From Candidatus Pacearchaeota archaeon (lineage in GTDB: Archaea; Nanobdellota; Nanobdellia; Pacearchaeales; GW2011-AR1): DNA of 42,300 nucleotides. Under the pieces are notes generated by a model. The model made no database searches. It worked only from the letters and a program-made list of their open reading frames with translations, and was not told where the DNA came from. The DNA lies in assembly GCA_018303825.1 (NCBI GenBank), contig JAGVXK010000008.1, positions 1 through 42,300 on the forward strand, given 5' to 3'. The position numbers were made by a program, and so were the translations under genes. Below, piece after piece: positions 8,826-18,312 of this stretch (its first letter is position 1; each line of letters begins with the position of its first letter).

Positions 8826-9659
8826 ATGATAATAAAAGAAGAATTTTTGGGAAGGATAAGGAAGATTTTTGATTTGAACTTGTATGAGGTGCGTGTTTGG
8901 ACTGCTTTGCTGTCAAGAGGTGTTTCGACTGCTGGCGAGTTAAGTAATATTTCTGATGTTCCAAGATCTAGAACATATGACATTCTGGAATCTTTGGAGA
9001 AGAAAGGATTTATTATTATGAAGATTGGAAAGCCGATAAAATTTGTTGCCTTAAAGCCGGAGGAAGTTGTTGAAAGAGTTAAGAAAAATTTGGTTGTCCT
9101 GGCCCAGGAAAGAAGCAAGAGGCTTGATCAGTTGAAGGGAGATGATGTTCTTACAGAGTTAAACACATTATTTAATACTGGGGTTAAGTATGTTGAGCCT
9201 TCTGAATTATCTGGAAGCTTGAGAGGAAGGCAGAATATGTACAATCACATGGACATGATGATTCGCTCAGCCGAAGAAGCAGTTACAATAGTCACAACTG
9301 CAGAGGGATTGAATAGAAAATTGGAAGTTTTGGCTCCTGCATTGGAAAAAGCAAAGAAGAGGGGGGTGGCTGTAAGAATCGCAGCCCCGATTAATGAATC
9401 CAATATCAAAGTGGCCAAGGAATTGTCCAGGATTGCAGAGATAAGGGATGTTTCAAATTCAAAATTACAGGGAAGGTTTATGGTTGTTGATTCTGAAGAA
9501 TTAATGTTTATGCTGCTTGATGACAAAACAGTGCATCCAAACTATGATGTTGCTGTCTGGCTTTCCACTGAATATCTTGCTAAGGCATTGGAGCAGATGT
9601 TTGAGCTTTCATGGAATGATTTCACTCCTTTGTCTAAGGTTAGATTGAAGGCCAAATAA
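8826..9659 (+). CDS. TrmB-family transcriptional regulator
   Basis: LNLYEVRVWTALL...VPRSRTYDILESLEKKGF wHTH plus a C-terminal effector/PLD-like domain. Confidence 0.9.
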   Translation: MIIKEEFLGRIRKIFDLNLYEVRVWTALLSRGVSTAGELSNISDVPRSRTYDILESLEKKGFIIMKIGKPIKFVALKPEEVVERVKKNLVVLAQERSKRLDQLKGDDVLTELNTLFNTGVKYVEPSELSGSLRGRQNMYNHMDMMIRSAEEAVTIVTTAEGLNRKLEVLAPALEKAKKRGVAVRIAAPINESNIKVAKELSRIAEIRDVSNSKLQGRFMVVDSEELMFMLLDDKTVHPNYDVAVWLSTEYLAKALEQMFELSWNDFTPLSKVRLKAK

Positions 9660-9737
9660 ATTTTTCAAAATTCTCTTCAGAGTAGCAGTAAAATGTCAAA
9701 TAATAAGATTTAATAGCTAATATTAACTAATTGTGGT

Positions 9738-10484
9738 ATGTTCATAGATGTGCATTGTCATCTGGATTTTTTTAAAGACAACGAGATAAAGAAAATAGTA
9801 GAAAGAGCTGGAAAAACAGGATTAAATATTATTCTGACGCAAGGCATTGATGCCAAGAGCAACGAGAAAGTTCTCTCATTAGCAGAAAAATACGATGTTG
9901 TTAAAGCTGCGCTTGGCTTGTATCCTACAGATGCCATATCTCTAAGCGATAAAGACATAGAAAAAATTATTGATTTCATAAGGAAGAATAGAGATAAAAT
10001 GATGGCTATAGGGGAAGTTGGACTTGATTATAAAGAAGATGAGAAACAACACGAAAAACAAAAAGAGATATTTAGACGATTCATTAAGTTGTCCATTGAA
10101 TTAGACAAGCCAATAATTGTCCATTCAAGAAAGGCAGAAGCGGAGGTAATAGATATCTTAGAGGAAGTGAAGGCAAAAAAAGTTGTGATGCATTGCTTTT
10201 CGGGAAGCCTTAAGCTTGTAAAGAAAATAGTTGATAATAAATGGTTTTTAACCATTCCAACAAATGTTACGTTTAGTGAGCACTTTCAAAAAGTTATCCA
10301 AGTGGTGCCAATCGGGCAATTATTCTGCGAGACTGACAGCCCTTATTTGCATCCAATAAAAGGGGAAAAGAATAATGAGCCCGGAAATGTTATTGAAAGT
10401 TATAAAAAGATAGCTGAAATAAAAAAAATTACCTTAATAGAGACAGAAAAAAAGCTGGAAGAGAATTACAAAAAATTATTTTAG
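9738..10484 (+). CDS. tatD: TatD-family nuclease/hydrolase
   Basis: DVHCH, IGEVGLD, VHSR, HCFSG and ETDSPY motifs. Confidence 0.93.
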   Translation: MFIDVHCHLDFFKDNEIKKIVERAGKTGLNIILTQGIDAKSNEKVLSLAEKYDVVKAALGLYPTDAISLSDKDIEKIIDFIRKNRDKMMAIGEVGLDYKEDEKQHEKQKEIFRRFIKLSIELDKPIIVHSRKAEAEVIDILEEVKAKKVVMHCFSGSLKLVKKIVDNKWFLTIPTNVTFSEHFQKVIQVVPIGQLFCETDSPYLHPIKGEKNNEPGNVIESYKKIAEIKKITLIETEKKLEENYKKLF

Positions 10485-11002
10485 AATTTTTTTTTGAGAC
10501 GCACTTCTATTTTTCCACCTCGATTATAACCAAATTTTGCTGAAACATCAATATCGAAATCGCCGATGGGCTCATAATTAAATTTCTTTTGAAAAAGCCC
10601 CACATTTACTCTTTCAAAGTCCACTGAAACTTTTGGCCTATTCCGTTCAGGAAGCCACGAAAACATTTCAGACACATGACCTTTTAGTGAACTATTTAGG
10701 TCATTTCTTTTTTCATCCACATCATCATAAATTCTCAGGACAATATCCTCTTTTGGTATGTGGATTTTATACCTCTTTTTTCCAATATCAAAATCTCTCA
10801 TCGAAAGGAAGCTTGCATCTGTTCTTCTTGTTAAATTTCCAGCCAGAGAATAACCCTCTCTTTGATAAGGCGGCATGTTAGGCAATGCATTTCCAAAGGA
10901 TTCAAGAGTATTTGTTGATTGTGATATTGATTGTGCAAAAGCAGCGCCTATGCTAGAAAAAAATAAAAACGTGCATAGAGAACCGACTTTTACAGGTTTC
11001 AT
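10481..11002 (-). CDS. Hypothetical secreted protein
   Basis: Signal-peptide-like N-terminus (AAFAQ); no recognised family. Confidence 0.55.
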   Translation of the reverse strand: MKPVKVGSLCTFLFFSSIGAAFAQSISQSTNTLESFGNALPNMPPYQREGYSLAGNLTRRTDASFLSMRDFDIGKKRYKIHIPKEDIVLRIYDDVDEKRNDLNSSLKGHVSEMFSWLPERNRPKVSVDFERVNVGLFQKKFNYEPIGDFDIDVSAKFGYNRGGKIEVRLKKKF

Positions 11003-11317
11003 TTTCTTATTCCTTCAAACTTAATGCCCTAATTTACACTCCTTTTTAAAGGTTTATGTATCCTAGGCTTTAAGCAGCGAAATAAAAACTAATGTAATTG
11101 TCAAAAATACGCATAAAATAGGCACTGACAGCATAAATCCAGACAATATCCTGATGAGTTTAATTATTAATTAATGAAAAGACATATTTGACAAAAAATT
11201 CATATATTCTGACGGTTTTTATTATCCTTATTATCTTAACAAGAACCTTTTAACTTCTATTTATTTCCCGTTAATCATAATTTCAGCTCTATCGGAGATA
11301 CTTCAGAACTATCGAGA

Positions 11318-12259
11318 TTACTTATGTATTTTTTGCCTTTTCACATGATTAAATAATATCCAGGAGTAGACTGGACCCAAAATTAAAATTGTCGCTGTTG
11401 ATGCAATTCTGCTGATTAATGCCGCAGCCAATGCCTGAGGAACAGTTATTCCTATAACCAAACTTGAAAATACTGCAATCGCCTCCGATATTCCTAAAAT
11501 CCCTGGTGAGACTGAAATGAATCCTCCTAGAAATCCGGTGCATGCCAAAAAGAAGGCAATTGTCAGGCTTATTTTTATATTAAATATTTCAAATGCCAAA
11601 GCTATTCCAACCATATTGAGCAGTGTCTGCACTATTGTAATAATGCAAACAATGAAAAATACTTTATGATTTTTTCTTATCTTGTGCCAGCCATTTACTA
11701 CCTTTACTATCTTTGAAAACCACCTGTGATTGCTTTTTTTTAACTTCGGAGAAAACAAAGTTATTGTTAATGATACAAAGAAAATAATCAAAAATGCAAG
11801 AAAAATTGGGAGATTAAATGCTTTATATTTTACATAGAGGAACAATATGCTTAACAATCCCAGAGTTGAACCTACCAGAAAGTGCGTTATGTAAATCCCA
11901 GATAATGATGAGATAAAGGAAGAGTAATGAAAATTATGCTTTTTTTTCAGATATAAGGCTCTTGGCACCAAACCGCCGGTTGCCGGAGCGATTATGTTGT
12001 AAAAACTGGTTATAACTGAAAGGCCAAACCATGCGTTGAATTTTAATTTTATCTTAAATGGTTCTACCAAATATTTTATTACCAACCCGTATGTTAAGGA
12101 GAAGAAAATGGTCAGTATTATAAGAAAAAGAAGATAAATCGGGTTCACTAATTTCAATTTTGCAAATTCATCTACATGAATGTATATGTAACGAATAAAA
12201 AGTAAAAATATCAGCAGTAAAACTGCCAATATTGTGATGCTTTTTGCCTTATTATTCAT
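11318..12259 (-). CDS. Lysylphosphatidylglycerol-synthase TM / flippase-like (UPF0104) protein
   Basis: Multi-pass membrane protein with the SPGILGISEA...AAALISR motif region. Confidence 0.8.
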   Translation of the reverse strand: MNNKAKSITILAVLLLIFLLFIRYIYIHVDEFAKLKLVNPIYLLFLIILTIFFSLTYGLVIKYLVEPFKIKLKFNAWFGLSVITSFYNIIAPATGGLVPRALYLKKKHNFHYSSFISSLSGIYITHFLVGSTLGLLSILFLYVKYKAFNLPIFLAFLIIFFVSLTITLFSPKLKKSNHRWFSKIVKVVNGWHKIRKNHKVFFIVCIITIVQTLLNMVGIALAFEIFNIKISLTIAFFLACTGFLGGFISVSPGILGISEAIAVFSSLVIGITVPQALAAALISRIASTATILILGPVYSWILFNHVKRQKIHK

Positions 12260-12302
12260 ATTTATTTTAGGGGATAAGTCATTTTAAGCTTATTTATTTA
12301 GT

Positions 12303-13172
12303 TTAAAATAAAAATCCTGAAATATAGACTTCTATTAAACCAGCCACGGCTAAAACGATTATTCCGATTATTACAAGTAATAGTGAACGTCTTATTATTG
12401 TGAATAGTTTTTCTTTTGACAACTTATTTTTGAAAAAGCTTGACAGAGCAAGGCTTGCCATGCCTCCAGCCATTGCGACAAAGAAGTATGCTATCATTTC
12501 AGGTATTCCATGAAGAAGGAATTTAGTAGCCCCAAAAGGCAGGTTTATTAGAGAATACTGAGCAGTGAGAGCAATTACTGCGGCGATTATACTTGCGTTC
12601 CAGGCAATTACAAATATGACTCCTGCCCCAAACAGCAAAGAAAATATGAGTGTAGAAACAGCAACGAGAACATTATTTGAGAATATTGTCAAAAAGTTTA
12701 TGCTTGGATTATGCTGAATTCCCTGAAGAGTTTGATTTAATTTTAATTCGTCCAGACAGTTAGTGTATTGCAATGGCTTATTTATTACGCAATAAGTTTG
12801 CATCTGTGAATTAAATGCTGCTTGGCTTGGAAAAATAATCTGCCAGAAGGCAAAACCAATAACAAAACCAAGGAATAAATATACAAACATCAGAGCTATT
12901 TTCCAATCATCTTTTATTGCTTTTTTATCAGTCTTATCTTTTATATTATCTTTTTCATCTAATTTGAGTGCATAAAAAACAAATATAATTGAAAACAAGG
13001 AAGCGAACATTACTATCAATAAGCCGGAACTTTTTGATAGAACAACGTCATGGGCGAAAAAGAATTTTACAAGCAAAAAGGAGATTGATGAATATAATAA
13101 TCCTATGAAAAATAGCTCCCAGGGTTTTCTTTCAGCTCTTTTTGGAAAAATCAACAGCTCAAGCATTTGCAT
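12303..13172 (-). CDS. SpoIIM-like (DUF95) membrane protein
   Basis: IFSNN...WNAS...HGIPE...AGLIE motifs. Confidence 0.8.
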   Translation of the reverse strand: MQMLELLIFPKRAERKPWELFFIGLLYSSISFLLVKFFFAHDVVLSKSSGLLIVMFASLFSIIFVFYALKLDEKDNIKDKTDKKAIKDDWKIALMFVYLFLGFVIGFAFWQIIFPSQAAFNSQMQTYCVINKPLQYTNCLDELKLNQTLQGIQHNPSINFLTIFSNNVLVAVSTLIFSLLFGAGVIFVIAWNASIIAAVIALTAQYSLINLPFGATKFLLHGIPEMIAYFFVAMAGGMASLALSSFFKNKLSKEKLFTIIRRSLLLVIIGIIVLAVAGLIEVYISGFLF

Positions 13173-13264
13173 AATATTATTCGGCTCTATTTAAGCTTAT
13201 TCTAGTTATTGTTCAAATATTAGACAGAGGTTAAAATTAAATATCCTTCCTACCAAGGTTATCT

Positions 13265-13582
13265 ATGAAAAAGGAATTGAGAATTTTAATATATATAGCT
13301 TTAGTGGTTATAGCTGCTGCTATTCTCGTTTTTCTTTATATTCAAAACAGCAAAAAAGGACAAAATAATCCAAATGATGGCATTAATGATACAAATTATT
13401 GCAATGTTGATTCTGATTGTGTTGCTGCAAGCTGCTGCCATTCAACTAGCTGTGTAAATGTAAATGCTAAACCTAGATGTGATGGAGTATTTTGCACCCT
13501 TGAATGTAGGGCCGAGAGCTTGGATTGCGGTCAGGGAAGTTGCAAATGCGTTAACAGGGAGTGTAAGGCAGTTATAAAATGA
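13265..13582 (+). CDS. Membrane-anchored 12-Cys small protein
   Basis: N-terminal TM anchor and a CxxDSDC...CC domain with 12 Cys; ATGA overlap with the subtilase. Confidence 0.8.
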   Translation: MKKELRILIYIALVVIAAAILVFLYIQNSKKGQNNPNDGINDTNYCNVDSDCVAASCCHSTSCVNVNAKPRCDGVFCTLECRAESLDCGQGSCKCVNRECKAVIK

Positions 13583-16554
13583 AAAAATATCATTTTTATA
13601 TGATTTTATTCCTATCTTTGGTTATTTTTTCTATAATTATAAGCGCAGGCATCCAAAATAACGCAAAAATAAATAAGGGATTGGCTGACGAAGTCAGAAA
13701 TGGCAAAGAGGTTAGAGTTTACATAAAGTTTAAAGCTGGTGAATATTCTCTTGGAAAAAAGATTAATGCCCTTGATGGAATTAAAGTAAGAAGAGATTTT
13801 GGAGATGTAGTTTCTGCAAGCATAAATGAAAATGATTTAAAAAAACTTGAATCTAATCAAGATATCGAAGAAATTGGCCTTGATGGCGTAAAGCACCCAT
13901 TTTTGCAGAATTCCACTGTTTTGATTAATGCCACAAGAACCTGGAATTTGCAGCAAAATACTTTGAACCTTACAGGAAGAGGGCAGGCAATTTGCATTGT
14001 TGATACAGGAGTCAATTATACTCATCCTGATTTTGGAGGATGCTATGGAAATAATACCAATTTCAACTGCAAGGTGGTTGGAGGGCATGATTTTACAAAT
14101 AACGACAATGACCCTATGGACGATTATGACCACGGAACACATGTCGCAGGAATAGCAGCTGCGAATGGCTCTATAAATGGTGCTGCCAAAGAAGCCAGAA
14201 TAGTTGCCTTAAAAGTCTGTGACAATGCCGGAACATGCGCAGACAGCGATATCAGACCAGCAATAGATTGGTGTGTTACTAATTCTTCTATGTTTAATAT
14301 TTCAGTAATAAGCATAAGCCTTGGCGGGGCAATAAATTACACAAGTTATTGTGATGGACAGGATGACCCCTTTGGTTTAACAGGGGCGATTAACAGGGCT
14401 GCTGCAAAAAATATTTCTGTTGTTGTGGCTTCTGGAAACAGTTATAATAACAGCGCAATATCTTCTCCTGCCTGCGTTCAGAATGCCACTCCCGTCGGTT
14501 CAACAACAAAGTTAGATGCAATTTCAACATTTTCCAATAGGTATCAGTTGATGAATTTGCTTGCTCCTGGCGGAACATCTGGCGGAAGCGCAAGTTGCAC
14601 TGGAACAACGACAACTCCAAACTTTATCTGTTCGACATATCTTTCTGGGGGTTATATTGGCTTTTCCGGAACAAGCATGGCGGCTCCTCATGTTTCCGGG
14701 GCAATTGCAATAATGAGACAATATCTATCTCTGACATCTCAGACTAAAACTTCCAAGGAGATTGAGACTGCATTAAACAATACTGGAAAAAGTATTGCAG
14801 ATACAACTGGAATCAACTACTCAAGAATAGATGTTTACAAAGCTGTAATTTCTCTAGACAATCAAAACCCTAATGTTACGCTCTCCGGAATGAATTTGAC
14901 AACCAACAGAATTAATCAGACATTTTCATGCAATGCAACAGATTTATCCTTGAAAAATGCAACTTTTTATCTCTGGAACTCCACTGATGTGTATAATCAA
15001 ACTTTTCAGACAATTTCCGGAAGCAGCAATAATTTTGAGGTAAATGTCAGCAATATTGCCTTTGGCGGTTACAATTGGAATTGCCAGTTCTATGACGAAA
15101 ATAATAATGCTGCCTTTGCGCTAAATAATTTAACTTTGACCATTAGTTCTGTTATTGTTAATCTTGTTTCTCCTAGCAATAATCTCACGACAAATTTGAA
15201 CCAGACATTTTCATGTAATGCAAGCTCCAATAGTTCTTTGAAAAATGCAACTTTTTATCTCTGGAACTCCACTGCATTGGAAAATACTTCTTCTTTTCTT
15301 GTTTCCGGGACTTCCAATGTTACTAATTTCAGTTATGGATTTAGGCATGAAGATAATTATAACTGGAATTGCTTATATTATAATTCCCTTAACTACTCAA
15401 ATTATGCCAGTTTAAATTATTCCTTAACTTACGACATAACCAAGCCTATCTTGACTATTATCTCTCCAATAAATAATTCTTGGTACAATCGTGGAATATT
15501 CAATGTCTCTTTGAATGAGCAGGGAAACTGCTCTTATTCTGTAAATAATGAGCTTAATATCAGCATGAATAAATCTTCATTAAACTTCACATCTATTAAC
15601 TCATCTTTGTCAGATGGAAATTATAATGTAACCTTTTACTGCAATGACTCTGCCGGGAATATGAATTCTTCCCTGCTTTTATTTTCTATTGACCTAACTC
15701 TTCCTGTTGTTAATCTTTCAGAGCCTTATCCTAGCGATGAAACAGCAAGTTCAACCACAAGAACATTTTATTACAATTCTTCTGACAATTTGAACATAAC
15801 AAGATGCGATTTGATTTTCAATAATGTTAATGTCAGCACAAATTCTTCTGTTGTAAGCCAAACAAATAATATTACTTATTCATTTTCATCTGGAACATAC
15901 AATTGGAATGTAAATTGCACTGACCAAACTGGAAATGTTGGAAATTCAAGTTCCAGAATATTAACTATAAGCGCTCCGAGCGCAAGCTCCAGCTCCGGCG
16001 GAGGGGGAGGCGAAGGTTCGATTTCTACGGCAAATACATACTCAATTAGTAATGAACAATTATTAAATGGATATTCAAAAGAAATTGGTAAAGGAGATAA
16101 GATTAGTTTTAATCTTGTTGAAAATCATACATTAAAGTTAAATTCAATAGGAAATGATTATGCAAATATCACTCTTTCAAGCAAGGAAGTAAATCTCCTT
16201 CTTGGCTCTGGACAGAGTACAAAATTGAATCTAACTAACAAGGATTATTACGATTTGCTTATTAAGCTTGACAGTATTTTCAACGGCAAGGTGAATATAA
16301 CTCTTAGGGAAATTAATGAATCTATGAACATGGTTAGTATAGACAACGGGCAGACGAATGCCTTTAAGAATACTGCTAATGATAAACTTATAAAAGATTC
16401 CCTAATTAAACAAAGGATTTATTTTTTCGCTATTGAAATTATTTTAATCATTGCAATAATTATATATGCTATTTATATATATTATAAAACTCCTGCAAGA
16501 AAAGAAGTTTCTAGAAACAGGATTTTAAGAAAAGCCGGGAAGAAATTGAGATAA
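13579..16554 (+). CDS. Cell-surface S8 subtilase with Ig-like repeats and a C-terminal TM anchor
   Basis: Catalytic triad IVDTGVN / HGTHVAG / GTSMAAPH, signal peptide, propeptide, Asn/Ser/Thr-rich beta repeats, C-terminal hydrophobic helix. Confidence 0.93.
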   Translation: MKKYHFYMILFLSLVIFSIIISAGIQNNAKINKGLADEVRNGKEVRVYIKFKAGEYSLGKKINALDGIKVRRDFGDVVSASINENDLKKLESNQDIEEIGLDGVKHPFLQNSTVLINATRTWNLQQNTLNLTGRGQAICIVDTGVNYTHPDFGGCYGNNTNFNCKVVGGHDFTNNDNDPMDDYDHGTHVAGIAAANGSINGAAKEARIVALKVCDNAGTCADSDIRPAIDWCVTNSSMFNISVISISLGGAINYTSYCDGQDDPFGLTGAINRAAAKNISVVVASGNSYNNSAISSPACVQNATPVGSTTKLDAISTFSNRYQLMNLLAPGGTSGGSASCTGTTTTPNFICSTYLSGGYIGFSGTSMAAPHVSGAIAIMRQYLSLTSQTKTSKEIETALNNTGKSIADTTGINYSRIDVYKAVISLDNQNPNVTLSGMNLTTNRINQTFSCNATDLSLKNATFYLWNSTDVYNQTFQTISGSSNNFEVNVSNIAFGGYNWNCQFYDENNNAAFALNNLTLTISSVIVNLVSPSNNLTTNLNQTFSCNASSNSSLKNATFYLWNSTALENTSSFLVSGTSNVTNFSYGFRHEDNYNWNCLYYNSLNYSNYASLNYSLTYDITKPILTIISPINNSWYNRGIFNVSLNEQGNCSYSVNNELNISMNKSSLNFTSINSSLSDGNYNVTFYCNDSAGNMNSSLLLFSIDLTLPVVNLSEPYPSDETASSTTRTFYYNSSDNLNITRCDLIFNNVNVSTNSSVVSQTNNITYSFSSGTYNWNVNCTDQTGNVGNSSSRILTISAPSASSSSGGGGGEGSISTANTYSISNEQLLNGYSKEIGKGDKISFNLVENHTLKLNSIGNDYANITLSSKEVNLLLGSGQSTKLNLTNKDYYDLLIKLDSIFNGKVNITLREINESMNMVSIDNGQTNAFKNTANDKLIKDSLIKQRIYFFAIEIILIIAIIIYAIYIYYKTPARKEVSRNRILRKAGKKLR
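14950..15274 (+). repeat. 37-nt identical intragenic direct repeat (14950-14986 and 15238-15274; LKNATFYLWNST)
   Basis: TTGAAAAATGCAACTTTTTATCTCTGGAACTCCACTG twice, period 288 nt. Confidence 0.9.
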
Positions 16555-16564
16555 AAGAATGCGA

Positions 16565-16706
16565 TGCGGGGAGGAGGATTTGAACCTCCGAAGGCACTAA
16601 GCCACAGGATGTCTCAATCTGATAAGAGATTATCCTGAACAAAAATCTTCCTAACGGAAGACCGACTTCTTAAGTCCTGCGCATTTGACCGCTTTGCTAT
16701 CCCCGC
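16565..16706 (-). tRNA. tRNA-Leu(UAA) with a 58-nt intron (16611-16668) at position 37/38
   Basis: Acceptor GCGGGGA/TCCCCGC-A, anticodon arm CAGGA-CTTAAG^A-TCCTG, long variable arm, canonical bulge-helix-bulge (CUUA/UGAG central helix). Confidence 0.95.
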
Positions 16707-16771
16707 ACAACTATAACTGAGATAAATAGCTTATAAAGATTTCTTATGTGAATGATAACTTAGTTATTCGA

Positions 16772-17158
16772 TTAAGAAGGAACAAGTTCAAGTCTTTCCT
16801 TTTTGTGCTCTTGAATGTTGTCAACAAATGGAACTCCTCTTTTGTCGTGATACCAACCATAACTTTCATTTTCAGCCCTAGCCTGTGCAAGCCTTTTCGC
16901 AAGATCATATGTTCTTTGTTCTACATCCTCGCGTCTGTCTATTATTCCAACAACATTTCCTATTATTGGAATTCCTAAACTGAACCCATTAAATGCAATA
17001 GTCAAGTAATGCCCATCTATCACTTGGTCAGGAGTAGCAATGGTGATTTTATTATAGATATCATCACGTAGAGGATTATAAAATATAAAACTAGAAGCAA
17101 ACTTATAGGCATCATTAGGTTCCGGGTTTCTTCTTTCTAAGACTATTTGTTGATGCAT
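16772..17158 (-). CDS. Hypothetical protein
   Basis: 128-aa ORF with protein-like composition; no recognised motif. Confidence 0.55.
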   Translation of the reverse strand: MHQQIVLERRNPEPNDAYKFASSFIFYNPLRDDIYNKITIATPDQVIDGHYLTIAFNGFSLGIPIIGNVVGIIDRREDVEQRTYDLAKRLAQARAENESYGWYHDKRGVPFVDNIQEHKKERLELVPS

Positions 17159-17326
17159 AAATAAGCGACAATTAATCTGTTTTTAATCTTATGTATGTTA
17201 TAAAGTTTACTCTTGTTATTCTAAATATACCTTTTATTAAAATAAATAATATACTTCTATGTATGTATATATAAGCTAATAACATCTATCTACTTATATA
17301 GAAATATTTAAATATTGCCTTGTCTT

Positions 17327-17482
17327 ATGGAATATATGAAAGAAAAGGTAACTTTGAGCATAGAAAAAGAAGTTTATAAAAAATTCAGAAAATATTGCGA
17401 TGATAATGCAATAATGCTTTCTAAGAAAATTGAATTAATAATGAAAAGAATAATGGATGAAGAAAACGGAGGCAAGAAATAA
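17327..17482 (+). CDS. Ribbon-helix-helix (CopG-like) microprotein, 51 aa (not in the ORF track)
   Basis: MEYMKEKVTLSIEKEVYKKFRKYC...LSKKIELIM has a beta-alpha-alpha pattern; TATA at 17307; TAATG overlap with the next gene. Confidence 0.7.
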   Translation: MEYMKEKVTLSIEKEVYKKFRKYCDDNAIMLSKKIELIMKRIMDEENGGKK

Positions 17483-17826
17483 TGGCAAACATAAAAGTAG
17501 CGCTTATAGGGAATCATGTAGACACTATCACAAACATGTCTAACTACTTGCGGTCGAAGGGAATAGAGACCTGCTGGGCATATCTTGGAAATGAAGCAGT
17601 ATCATTATGCAAAAACAACAACCCAGATATATTAATTATGGATTCCACAATGTCTGGGATGGGTGCGTTTGAGGCAGCAAAGCTTTTGCCAAAGCAGAAG
17701 ATTATTGTAATGACAGGATTAAGCGATATAGAATTTCTTGCTTCTCATATAAAAAATATAGTTGGAGTTGTAAAGAAACCTGTTGATTTGGAAGAATTGG
17801 AAAAGCTGATAAGAAAGAATGTTTAA
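17482..17826 (+). CDS. Stand-alone response-regulator receiver (CheY-like)
   Basis: DILIMD phospho-acceptor, MTG and KKP motifs. Confidence 0.8.
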   Translation: MANIKVALIGNHVDTITNMSNYLRSKGIETCWAYLGNEAVSLCKNNNPDILIMDSTMSGMGAFEAAKLLPKQKIIVMTGLSDIEFLASHIKNIVGVVKKPVDLEELEKLIRKNV

Positions 17827-17841
17827 TGATGCTGCAATAGA

Positions 17842-18120
17842 TTATGGAGCAGCAGTAACTAGTTGATTAGCGTGCATTTCGCCAAGATAAACAAATTCAT
17901 ATGCCTTTCTTTCCTGTTCCTTTTTATCAAAATGGTCTGGGATAAATCCCCAACCCATTTTTGCTCTAAGAACCTCTATCTTCTCGTCATCAGTCCAAGG
18001 ATATGGCTTGTGGCTCAAATAAGCTGAAATTAACAACTTTCTCTCAGTATCATTGAATCCAAGATATTCTCTCTTTCGAAAGAAATCTTCCATTCTTTCA
18101 AGTTCTTCCTGCAAAGTCAT
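17842..18120 (-). CDS. Hypothetical protein
   Basis: 92-aa ORF coupled to the upstream small ORF. Confidence 0.55.
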   Translation of the reverse strand: MTLQEELERMEDFFRKREYLGFNDTERKLLISAYLSHKPYPWTDDEKIEVLRAKMGWGFIPDHFDKKEQERKAYEFVYLGEMHANQLVTAAP

Positions 18121-18284
18121 TATTTCAATTCCTCATCAATCTTAGCAAGGATTATTTCTATCTGTTTTGTGATGTGGTTTATAACATCTGCTTCGCTTGC
18201 TCTTGGATTCTTTTCTTTAAATCTTGCAGCACCAGAAGCGCCGGCAATTATTGCCACCTTCAGTTTCTCTTTTTCAACCATCAT
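18120..18284 (-). CDS. Small helical protein, 54 aa (not in the ORF track)
   Basis: MMVEKEKLKVAIIAGASGAARFKEKNPRASEADVINHITKQIEIILAKIDEELK; TAATG overlap with the next gene. Confidence 0.65.
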   Translation of the reverse strand: MMVEKEKLKVAIIAGASGAARFKEKNPRASEADVINHITKQIEIILAKIDEELK

Positions 18285-18312
18285 TTCTTTTAATTTTTGT
18301 AGTTTAAAAGCA

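Noticed and set aside
11060-11165. Hydrophobic minus-strand reading frame (KLIRILSGFML...)
   Set aside because: No start codon in frame; at most a gene fragment.
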